A stretch of 34,532 nt of DNA from Chlorobiales bacterium (GTDB lineage: Bacteria; Bacteroidota; Chlorobiia; Chlorobiales; Chlorobiaceae), in assembly GCA_022360415.1 (NCBI GenBank), contig JAKSDB010000421.1, positions 1 through 34,532 on the forward strand, read 5' to 3'. Numbering within the stretch: the stretch's first letter is position 1; each line of letters opens with the position of its first letter. This document shows positions 26,620 to 34,532 of this stretch, piece by piece. Both the position numbers and the translations under genes were made by a program. The notes below the pieces were generated by a model. It was not told the origin of the DNA. It ran no database searches and saw only the letters and a list, made by a program, of their open reading frames with translations.

Positions 26620-29600
26620 ATGAAAACAGCAGAGAAATCAACGACTGTGACGCAACCTTCCATTCACCGGAAGGACAACAAGCCGTTTTTTTCAAAACCG
26701 GGAAGAGATAGTTTCTTTACACCTGCCAGAACCGCGATCCAAGCGAAACTAACCATCGGTGAAACGGGAGACAAATACGAAAAGGAAGCCGATACCGTTT
26801 CCGATATGGTTATGCGCATGCCTTCCTCATCCGCAAACGGAGAAACTCTGCTGAGGCAGGAAGAAGAGAAACTCCAAATGCAGGAGGAGGACGAAAAAGA
26901 AGATTGGATTCAGACATCTGAACTGGAGGGCAACGAAAGAATACTGCAACAAGAAGACGAAATAGCACAACGATATCGTGCTGAAGAAGAACAACTGCAA
27001 AGAAAAGGTAACGGCATACCAACGGTAACTCCGGGCACGCAAGCTGCAATTTATGCCCAAACCACTAAAGGTGATGCACTTCCCTCCGATGTACGCAGTT
27101 TTATGGAACCCCGATTAAATGCCGATTTCAGCAATGTACGCATCCACAGCGACCGGGAGGCGGCAAGCCTGAACAATCAGCTCAGCGCGCGGGCCTTCAC
27201 CTATAGAAATCACATCTTTTTCTCCCGTGACCAGTATCAGCCGGGAACCAGCGAAGGCAAGCATCTGCTGGCTCACGAACTCACGCACACGATCCAGCAA
27301 AAACAGAGTTACCAGAGAGCACAGCCTGGCGCTCTAGAACAACAGATAATACAACGTTTTCCTGAAAACACACAGAGCGCGCCCGTCAATCAACAAAACA
27401 GCGGAGCATCAGCACCATCAGCACCGCCTGCTGGTCATCAAGAAGGGCAAACCGCAGCGCCGCAAAGCGGATCTGTGTCATCTGAGGCCGCGCAAACAGC
27501 ATCTTCAACACAAAACTCTGCTGCATCTGGTTCGGTATCAGAAACTTCTGCAACAACCGGAGGACAGGAAAACCTCGTGACGGAACTTCCTGGAGAGCTT
27601 TCTTCAGAAGAAAACGATCGTCTGGCTGAAATCGAACATCAAATAAGCGAAGCCGGTGATGCACAGGAAGAACTTCCATCTGCTGAAGAAAATGTCATTG
27701 AGGCGCGGGAGGCGGTTGAAGAACCAGCCGAAGAGACCTCGGGCCGAGCCGGCGGCAATGTTGCCTCTGAACTTGGTGCCACATCGCCTCCCAGTCCCGA
27801 GGTGGAAGCATTGTGCCGTAGAATAAGGACACTTATTGCCAACCGTCAACCGCCCAGTGAAGCTGCCGTTCTCGAATCAAACCCTGCAGAAGAGGCTCAA
27901 GCCGCAGGTGACGCTGTTCAGGAATCCGTTGAAGGCGAGGTCGAGGAAACACGGTCAAGCTATGACCGACTGGAAGAAGAACCGGAAGGAGAGCCCGGAC
28001 GGGAGCCCGGAGACATTGAAACGCCGCCTGAGCAGGTTTCCGCTCCGGAAATCAACGCAGAAGCGGCTACACCCGATCCTGTCTCGTCTGAAGAGGTTTC
28101 TCTTGATGCCGATGTCGAAGCTGGCCAGGCGAGTATAGACGAAGCCGGCATGAACTCGGAGCCTGCCCAACTCGTCGAAAATGGCCCCATTGCTGAAGCG
28201 CGAGAAGCACAGGGAGAATTAGCTGAAACAGCTCAACGTGCGCCACAAGAGGTTTTGGCTGAACATCAGGAGGCGCGAGAGCAGGCAAGAGCCGATCTGG
28301 CTGCATTGCGTAATCGTGCGGTGGCAGCCATGCAGGAATCCCGCAGTGAGGCCATTGCGGGCACCATTCAGCAACAGCAAGCCGGAAGGCTCGACGAAGA
28401 GACACAACGACGTCAAGCCGGCCAGCGGGCCCAGCAAATCTTCGAGTCGGCACAGAACAGGGTCAACGCTCAGCTTGAAGAGTTGCCACAGACAGCTATG
28501 AGCCTGTGGCGACAGGGCGTTCAGGTTCTTAGTACAGAATACGATCAGGCTATAGAAAGAATTCAGCGTCGTCTTGAAGAACGATATGAGGGAGTCACCG
28601 GTGCTGTTCTGGAGTTGGCTGAAAGTGTGATTGGCAAACCTGATTGGGTAACCGAAGGGTATAACGCGGCGGAACACCGTTTTGGAGAGGGGGCATGCAG
28701 ACTACTCCGCAGCATTTCACGTGAAGTCAACACAGTCATCGACTCCTGCCAGGCGATTATCGATGATGCCACAACACAGATCGATAACCTGTTTGCCAGC
28801 CTGCCGGAAAACCTTCAAGCCTGGGCACAGGGTCAACGCGCAGAGTACGCAGAACGCCTGGACGGTCTCCATCATCGCGTAATGACAGCCCAGGCCGATC
28901 TTACCAGGGATCTGGTCCAGACAGCCGGGCAAGCTGTACAGGAAATGCGTGAGCGAACACAGGAGTTGCGCAATGAAGCGCGAGGTCTGGTTGGCCGTAT
29001 TGAAGACGCAGTCAATGCATTCATTGAAAATCCGGCGCGGTTCATCATCGAAGGGTTGCTGGAACTTGTCGGCATTCCCCCGGCATCCTTCTGGGCGTTG
29101 ATTGACCGTATAGGACAGGTGATCAATGACATTGCCGACGATCCGATGAACTTCGCCAACAACATTGGAAGAGCCCTGGGACAGGGTTTTCAGCAATTCT
29201 TCGACAATTTCAAGGATCACATCCTCAGCGGTTTCTTCGAATGGCTCTTTTCCGGTTTGGGCTCGGTCGGCGTGCAACTTCCCAGCGACTTTTCGCTCGG
29301 CAGCCTGATTACCTTCTTCCTGCAACTGATGGGGATCACCTGGAACCGTATCCGTCAGATTTTGGCACGTCATATCGGTGAGCAGAATGTCGCACTGATC
29401 GAAAAAGCCTATGAATTGATCTCCATGCTTATCGAACGCGGCCCTGAAGGCATCTTCGAAATGATCAGGGAACAGCTCGACCCTCAAACCATCCTGAGCG
29501 CAATCCTCGATGCCGCCGTCGATTTTCTGATTGAAGCACTGATCCGCGCAGTAACGCCCCGGATTATCGGCCTGTTCAACCCTGCCGGCGCCATTGTTCA

Positions 29601-30798
29601 GGCGATAGAGGTAATCTACCGCATCCTTGCATGGATCTTCAACAATGCTGCGCGCATCTTCAGTCTGGTTGAGACCGTTGTCAATGGTGCTGCCGATTTG
29701 ATTGCAGGAAACATCGGCGGTATGGCTTCAGCCATTGAAGGAGCTCTCGCAAGGCTCATATCGCCGGTGATCGATTTCCTCGCCGGTTTCCTGGGACTCG
29801 GCAATCTGCCCGACCGGATTGCCGACACGATTCGCAGCTTCCAGGAAATGGTGCTTCGGATTATCGATCGTGTGATCGCATGGCTGGCCGAACGGGCACG
29901 TGGATTGTTGAGATCGTTGGGAATCGGGGCAGATGCTGATGAAGTAAATGAAGACGACCCGGAAAAAGCTGATCGTGTACGCGCCGGTCTCGCTGCTATT
30001 GATAGTGAAGAGGCTCGATTGGTAGAAAATGGTAAAATTTCTCGTGAAGATGCCGAACAGGTCGCACGAAGGGTTAAGCAGTCGCATCCAGTGTTTACAA
30101 GATTGAATGTAGTGGATGGCGGTGACTCATGGGACTACCGTTGGGAGGCCAGTCCCGGCGATACTAAAGTAACTCCACTTTTAAAAGAAGAAGGAACGCT
30201 CTATGGTAGTCCAGAAGAATTTACATCCGAATCTGTTTGGGAAGACGCGGCTCGCAGGGTTGGAGCAACAGAAGGAGCTAAAGTCACAAGGTTATCAGAT
30301 CGAAGCGCAAGCTATTGCAAAAACGTGATGAGAGAGTTCATTTATCGTAGCGGCGTTAATAATGGAGCAATGATAGTAAATAAAATCACTGAGAAAATCG
30401 ATGCTGCTTTGGAAGCAACTGATGGTGATACAATCTATAATCGGCTAAAAGATGCCCAACGCATTGTAAACAGGTTATTTAGTGAAAAGGTTGTTGAACT
30501 TCATGTTCATCATGAAGAAAGGGTAAAAGATTATCCAGCGACTTTCCCACGAACTCGACTTCAACGCATTCGTTCTAGAATCGCAAGAAGGATTAAGAAT
30601 GACGCTAAAAACTTATCGGCTGAAGAGATTGCTATTGCGAAAATTGATGATACCAATCAACGCCGTTTAATGATCCGTGAACTTTCCAAAAGAGAGCTTG
30701 AAAAAGACATCGAAAATAACCCTGAAGTTTTAGATGAAGTGGAAATGGATGTTATGACAAGGGAAGCTCATCTTGGTTCTGTTCATCGCATACGTTAA
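26620..30798 (+). CDS. DUF4157 (eCIS core domain) effector with long helical region and C-terminal putative HNH-like nuclease
   Basis: IQAKLTIG..GDKYEKEAD; acidic Q-R repeats; DUF4157 (FMEPRLNADFSNVRIH, ARAFT, LLAHELTHTIQQ); amphipathic helical middle; C-terminal HVHHEERVKDYP...TREAHLGSVH. Start could also be GTG 26614. Confidence 0.85.
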   Translation: MKTAEKSTTVTQPSIHRKDNKPFFSKPGRDSFFTPARTAIQAKLTIGETGDKYEKEADTVSDMVMRMPSSSANGETLLRQEEEKLQMQEEDEKEDWIQTSELEGNERILQQEDEIAQRYRAEEEQLQRKGNGIPTVTPGTQAAIYAQTTKGDALPSDVRSFMEPRLNADFSNVRIHSDREAASLNNQLSARAFTYRNHIFFSRDQYQPGTSEGKHLLAHELTHTIQQKQSYQRAQPGALEQQIIQRFPENTQSAPVNQQNSGASAPSAPPAGHQEGQTAAPQSGSVSSEAAQTASSTQNSAASGSVSETSATTGGQENLVTELPGELSSEENDRLAEIEHQISEAGDAQEELPSAEENVIEAREAVEEPAEETSGRAGGNVASELGATSPPSPEVEALCRRIRTLIANRQPPSEAAVLESNPAEEAQAAGDAVQESVEGEVEETRSSYDRLEEEPEGEPGREPGDIETPPEQVSAPEINAEAATPDPVSSEEVSLDADVEAGQASIDEAGMNSEPAQLVENGPIAEAREAQGELAETAQRAPQEVLAEHQEAREQARADLAALRNRAVAAMQESRSEAIAGTIQQQQAGRLDEETQRRQAGQRAQQIFESAQNRVNAQLEELPQTAMSLWRQGVQVLSTEYDQAIERIQRRLEERYEGVTGAVLELAESVIGKPDWVTEGYNAAEHRFGEGACRLLRSISREVNTVIDSCQAIIDDATTQIDNLFASLPENLQAWAQGQRAEYAERLDGLHHRVMTAQADLTRDLVQTAGQAVQEMRERTQELRNEARGLVGRIEDAVNAFIENPARFIIEGLLELVGIPPASFWALIDRIGQVINDIADDPMNFANNIGRALGQGFQQFFDNFKDHILSGFFEWLFSGLGSVGVQLPSDFSLGSLITFFLQLMGITWNRIRQILARHIGEQNVALIEKAYELISMLIERGPEGIFEMIREQLDPQTILSAILDAAVDFLIEALIRAVTPRIIGLFNPAGAIVQAIEVIYRILAWIFNNAARIFSLVETVVNGAADLIAGNIGGMASAIEGALARLISPVIDFLAGFLGLGNLPDRIADTIRSFQEMVLRIIDRVIAWLAERARGLLRSLGIGADADEVNEDDPEKADRVRAGLAAIDSEEARLVENGKISREDAEQVARRVKQSHPVFTRLNVVDGGDSWDYRWEASPGDTKVTPLLKEEGTLYGSPEEFTSESVWEDAARRVGATEGAKVTRLSDRSASYCKNVMREFIYRSGVNNGAMIVNKITEKIDAALEATDGDTIYNRLKDAQRIVNRLFSEKVVELHVHHEERVKDYPATFPRTRLQRIRSRIARRIKNDAKNLSAEEIAIAKIDDTNQRRLMIRELSKRELEKDIENNPEVLDEVEMDVMTREAHLGSVHRIR

Positions 30799-30868
30799 GA
30801 GATTAACGAATGATTTTATTTGTTATACTTCAATCTTCGTTTCAAAAGTTAAAATGCATTAAAGCTCT

Positions 30869-31747
30869 ATGGATGGCTTTAAAACCCTCTGGTCAGATAG
30901 TGAAAAAAAACGCCATTTTCTGATCCCCGACTCTTTGCAATTACCACCTGGGGAGTACCAATTACGAACCCCGACAGGGAAAAAACGTTTTGTTGATCCG
31001 GACGCCCTGAAAAACTTCGAGGTCTCCGAAGAAGAGGCCGATACATGGTTGAAAGAAGAGCTTGGTGATGTGATGCGGCAACTCGGAGCGGGGTTGCGCA
31101 ATACTTTTTATGGAAAATCTCATCAACACCAGGAAAAAAACGAACCAAAAGGCCCTGGAGATAAACAGGACGAGGAGAAGAAAAAAAGCCTCACACCCGG
31201 ACTTGATCTGCTTGCGGACATGACCGGAACGTCACGCGAAAGCCTGACGGGCGATTACCAAGCCATCGGTAAGGCTCTTCGGGCATACATGGATGATATT
31301 GCGTCCACCATTGGCAGTTCTGTCAGCGGGGATCCGAAAAAAGCAGCATCGGCACAAGAACGAATGGCTGCATGGATCGATACACTCCGAAAACACGACA
31401 TCGATGTTCCTGATCAGGAAACCGGAAGCAAAAATACCGACGATGTAGCTGACCAAACGAAAGATTTTACAACATCATCAGATACTCCGCATAAGCATCA
31501 CAATGCAGAGTCTGATCCTGCCAGGCAGAATGATCCACAATCAATGTCAGAAGAACAGCACAATGAAAATAAAGGTGCAGGTATTGACGATTCATTGAGG
31601 GAAAATCTTGAAGAATCTGCGGAAAGGATGAAACAACAGCTACGCAGCCTTGGCAATGCCTTACAAAGGCTTGCCGAAGCCGGTAAGAAAGGCGTCAATA
31701 CGCGTGAACATCATCAGAAACCTGATGATTATGATGATTATCAATAA
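30869..31747 (+). CDS. Hypothetical protein; candidate immunity or chaperone for the DUF4157 effector
   Basis: 292-aa ORF directly downstream of the effector, with a compact N-terminal domain (LWSDSEKKRHFLIPD...FEVSEEEADTWL) and an acidic, partly disordered C-terminus. Function is inferred from position only. Confidence 0.6.
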   Translation: MDGFKTLWSDSEKKRHFLIPDSLQLPPGEYQLRTPTGKKRFVDPDALKNFEVSEEEADTWLKEELGDVMRQLGAGLRNTFYGKSHQHQEKNEPKGPGDKQDEEKKKSLTPGLDLLADMTGTSRESLTGDYQAIGKALRAYMDDIASTIGSSVSGDPKKAASAQERMAAWIDTLRKHDIDVPDQETGSKNTDDVADQTKDFTTSSDTPHKHHNAESDPARQNDPQSMSEEQHNENKGAGIDDSLRENLEESAERMKQQLRSLGNALQRLAEAGKKGVNTREHHQKPDDYDDYQ

Positions 31748-31809
31748 AGGGTACCTCAATTGACCGGAAAACCCTGATCCGAACATTTTTATCAAAAAGG
31801 ACGGACGGT

Positions 31810-33135
31810 ATGCCCGCAGGAACATCCAACATTCAGGCAGTACTCACCTGGTTGCGCAATGTGGTCACAGCACGACTGAACATACATTTCAATCAGGCAG
31901 AAAACATTACCATTGAACCTCCTGCATTGTATGGCGATAGGTCATGGTTTACAACATTTATCGCGACACACAAGCCATCGTTTGAAGAGCTTGTTGTCTT
32001 TGGGTTGTCTCTGACCCCGCATATCCTGCCGCATTTCTTCAGCAAAATCATCGCCGAATACCTCCCCGAAGGTGGCGACTTCCCGGAATTCGGCGGCGTG
32101 AAAGGTGCCAACCACCGAGGCCTTCTCCCAACCGGTGAGACAGCACAGTTTATCATTGCGGGTAACGATATGGAAAAGCGTATCGAAGTGCAGCGCATGC
32201 TTGGCAGCGATCACTGGTTTGCAAAGGAACATATTCTCTGGCTTGAACCCATGCGCGAAGGAGAACCGGTGATGAGCGGGCGCTTGATCATGAACCCGGA
32301 GATCGTCGAGTTGCTGACGGTCGGGACGGTCAGCAAGCCGAGGTTCAGTATGGATTTTCCTGCCGAACACATCGAGACCGAAATGGACTGGGACGATCTT
32401 GTGCTGCCTGACAGCACGATCAGGCAGATTCATGAGATCGAGAGCTGGATCACGCACAACGACACGTTGCTCCATGAATGGGGCATGAAAAAGAAAATCA
32501 AACCAGGGTACAAAGCGCTGTTTTATGGCCCTCCCGGCACGGGCAAAACCCTGACGGCTACGCTGCTTGGCAAACAGACCGCAAAAGATGTGTTCAGGAT
32601 CGACCTGTCCCGCGTGATTTCGAAATACATCGGCGAAACGGAAAAGAACCTTTCAAGGCTGTTCGACAAGGCTGAAAACAAGGAGTGGATCCTGTTTTTT
32701 GACGAAGCGGATGCACTGTTCGGCAAACGTACCGACATTCGTGACGCTCACGACAAGTATGCCAATCAGGAAGTCGCCTACCTGCTGCAGCGCATCGAAA
32801 ACTACAACGGCCTCGTGATCCTTGCGACCAACCAGAGAGGAAACATCGACCCGGCATTCGCCAGACGCTTCCAGAGCATTGTATCCTTTCCGATGCCGCG
32901 CATGGAAGAACGGCTCGCCATCTGGGAAAAAACCGTCCCGACACAACTCGAACTCGACAAAAACCTCGATCTCCGGACTGTCGCTGAGCGCTACGAACTT
33001 TCCGGTGCGGCAATTCTGAACGTTGTCCACTACTGTGCCATCGAAATGCTCGCGAACACCTCGAATGTACTCGATGCAGAGCTGCTTGACACTGCTGTTC
33101 AACGCGAATACCTCAAGGAAGGCAGGATTACATAG
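31810..33135 (+). CDS. AAA+ ATPase (Afp15/Pvc15-like)
   Basis: Walker A GPPGTGKT; SKYIGETEKNL; Walker B ILFFDEADALFGKR; ANQEVAYLLQRIE; WDDLVLP. Confidence 0.95.
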   Translation: MPAGTSNIQAVLTWLRNVVTARLNIHFNQAENITIEPPALYGDRSWFTTFIATHKPSFEELVVFGLSLTPHILPHFFSKIIAEYLPEGGDFPEFGGVKGANHRGLLPTGETAQFIIAGNDMEKRIEVQRMLGSDHWFAKEHILWLEPMREGEPVMSGRLIMNPEIVELLTVGTVSKPRFSMDFPAEHIETEMDWDDLVLPDSTIRQIHEIESWITHNDTLLHEWGMKKKIKPGYKALFYGPPGTGKTLTATLLGKQTAKDVFRIDLSRVISKYIGETEKNLSRLFDKAENKEWILFFDEADALFGKRTDIRDAHDKYANQEVAYLLQRIENYNGLVILATNQRGNIDPAFARRFQSIVSFPMPRMEERLAIWEKTVPTQLELDKNLDLRTVAERYELSGAAILNVVHYCAIEMLANTSNVLDAELLDTAVQREYLKEGRIT

Positions 33136-33139
33136 GCGC

Positions 33140-33345
33140 TGACGACCATTTCTCGCCTGGGAAAAACCGTCACCAATCTTCCAGACCGGCTCGCCATAGG
33201 TTTGCTTCAGCCTGCCGGCGTTTGTGCAAGCCGGAGCTCAGACCCCATAGACGCTTCATGGAAACAAATAAAGGCCAGCCACGCCGCCTTGAACGGAATT
33301 TCCACCCCGAGACTTCTCAGTTCCCTCACACGCCTTTTACTGCCG
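33140..33345 (-). pseudogene. Possible frameshifted remnant of a group II intron maturase (domain X)
   Basis: Minus-strand fragments in changing frames, KRRVRELRSLGV..PFKAAWLAF / VSMKRLWGLS..LH / LKQTYG, resemble the RxRELxxLGV...AW...SxKxxWxxS pattern. No start codon and no intron domain V/VI visible. Confidence 0.25.
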
Positions 33346-33450
33346 GGTTTTCCGATATCTTTCGATAGCTCGTCAAGGAAATCTTTGGAAAGGTAATCAC
33401 CCCACAGTTTTCGAAAATCTGTTTATGAGAGGCTTTTTGAATTTATTGAT

Positions 33451-33897
33451 TTATGCCTTCCCCTCATTTTTTTTCCTCGACTGGAGCCGTTGATACCACT
33501 TCGTGTTTTCAACAGAAATCAGGCCCTCAATCCTTTCCACAAACATCGGAAATGGATCTTCGGCATCATAAGGCTCGGCTCTTGTCAGAAACAGATATTT
33601 CTCATGCTTCAATGACTCGCAGGTTGTCCTGTATTCAATCCAGTTCTCCTGAAACTGGTACAATGCGATAACGCCGGCAATCACGGTGATTACCACCCCC
33701 AGGGCACCTACGATCAGTCGTATAAAAAGCTCTCCCTGCGTCATATAAGCACTCAGAAAAGGTATCGAGGCTGCGGCAACAATTTCAATGATACGCAGCC
33801 TTTTGAACCAATGTTGATTCGTCAGGCTTTTTCGGTCGTACCAGTCGATCTGATCATCAACCCTTTTTTTCAAGTAGTCATCCTGAGCAAGCTCCAT
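33451..33897 (-). CDS. DUF4231 (SLATT-like) two-TM protein
   Basis: YLKKRVDDQIDWYDRKS..NQ.WFKRLR, two TM helices, FQENWIEYRTTCESLKHEKYLF, FVERIE.LIS.EN..W. SD GGGAGGT supports ATG 33897; the ORF track starts at 33915. Confidence 0.88.
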   Translation of the reverse strand: MELAQDDYLKKRVDDQIDWYDRKSLTNQHWFKRLRIIEIVAAASIPFLSAYMTQGELFIRLIVGALGVVITVIAGVIALYQFQENWIEYRTTCESLKHEKYLFLTRAEPYDAEDPFPMFVERIEGLISVENTKWYQRLQSRKKNEGKA

Positions 33898-34027
33898 GAT
33901 GCACACCTCCCTCATTTTCTGAAGACCTGTTGAACTCCGGCCTCATAAAGACGCAACTCGCACTCTCCAGCGCATTCCCGATATAACTCTGCGCCATGTC
34001 CGGCCAACCGGAATCGTCCTGTCCCGG

Positions 34028-34531
34028 TTATTGGATTTTTTCACACGCTCTTTCATTGGGGATATCCAACCCGATCGGAACCAGAAGCGTATTGATTCGC
34101 GATTTCAGCTGCCTCGAGTACTCAGTCTGCGCCCTATAAAACGATTGAATGGAGCATACTGTCTTTTTAACTCTATCGTTTATTGTGTTCACATCCTTTA
34201 TGGTACTTTGATCTGTTAAACCGCTCGAATAAGAAGCCAAAAGCCAGGATGCGAGCGTCCTCAGCTTTGCCATGGCTATGTAGACCCGGACCGGATGGTT
34301 TGGCGGCACATTATTGGTCTCGATCGCCTCGTCGAATCGATCGAGTGCACTCGTGAACCACTCCCTGGCTCTATCGTAATCCTTTGCCATCCGTCCGCCG
34401 TCATGGTCATAGAAGCCGAAGAGCGCATGACTGATCACCCGGTCACGGGTTCCAAGCGTCCAGTTTTTCTTATTAGCGCTTATTGTATTGATGGTCGCCA
34501 ACAAGGTTTGCCGGCGCTTTGCATTATTTTC
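34028..34531 (-). CDS. Hypothetical protein, C-terminal part only (5' end outside the window)
   Basis: Frame is open to the window edge (ENNAKRRQTLLATIN...); same strand as and just upstream of the DUF4231 gene. Family not recognised. Confidence 0.6.
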   Translation of the reverse strand, partial: ENNAKRRQTLLATINTISANKKNWTLGTRDRVISHALFGFYDHDGGRMAKDYDRAREWFTSALDRFDEAIETNNVPPNHPVRVYIAMAKLRTLASWLLASYSSGLTDQSTIKDVNTINDRVKKTVCSIQSFYRAQTEYSRQLKSRINTLLVPIGLDIPNERACEKIQ

Positions 34532-34532
34532 A

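Noticed and set aside
28717-29487. Long antisense ORFs (also 17543-18148, 18644-19267, 25361-25942, 31942-32475) and the alternate-frame ORF 1580-2167
   Set aside because: Shadow frames of well-supported genes with no recognisable domains.
7185-33135. Prophage or canonical T6SS
   Set aside because: No capsid, portal, terminase or integrase, and no TssJLM, TssK or ClpV. DUF4255, CIS_TMP, an Afp15-type ATPase and DUF4157 point to an eCIS.
33136-33450. Rho-independent terminator ending the eCIS operon
   Set aside because: No convincing GC stem followed by a U-tract; only a short TTTTCGAAAA palindrome near 33408-33417.

Overview
Bacterial accessory region with four modules. (1) 1-2145: the GC-rich end of a Tad/Flp pilus operon (tadB partial, tadC, A24 prepilin peptidase), followed by a 142-bp MITE-like element and a convergent AT-rich TadG-like gene. 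(2) 3784-6575, minus strand: a putative RiPP pair, a 112-aa precursor-like peptide (acidic leader, Arg/Gln/Ile-rich core) and a cobalamin-binding radical SAM enzyme with a C-terminal PqqD/RRE-like domain; no peptidase or exporter lies beside it. (3) 7185-33135, plus strand and divergent from module 2: a complete Afp/PVC-type extracellular contractile injection system (eCIS) with DUF4255, one sheath, two tubes, DUF5908, LysM protein, VgrG, PAAR, gp25, two baseplate proteins, fibre, tape measure, a DUF4157 effector with a split HNH-like C-terminus, a possible immunity protein and an AAA ATPase. Its predicted 5' leader carries a cluster of CAGTNCCC-type repeats. (4) 33451-34532, minus strand: a DUF4231/SLATT gene and a truncated unknown gene. 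The best candidate for a new system is the orphan B12-rSAM RiPP pair sitting head-to-head with the eCIS. All calls come from motif recognition; no searches were run, and GC comparisons are by eye.
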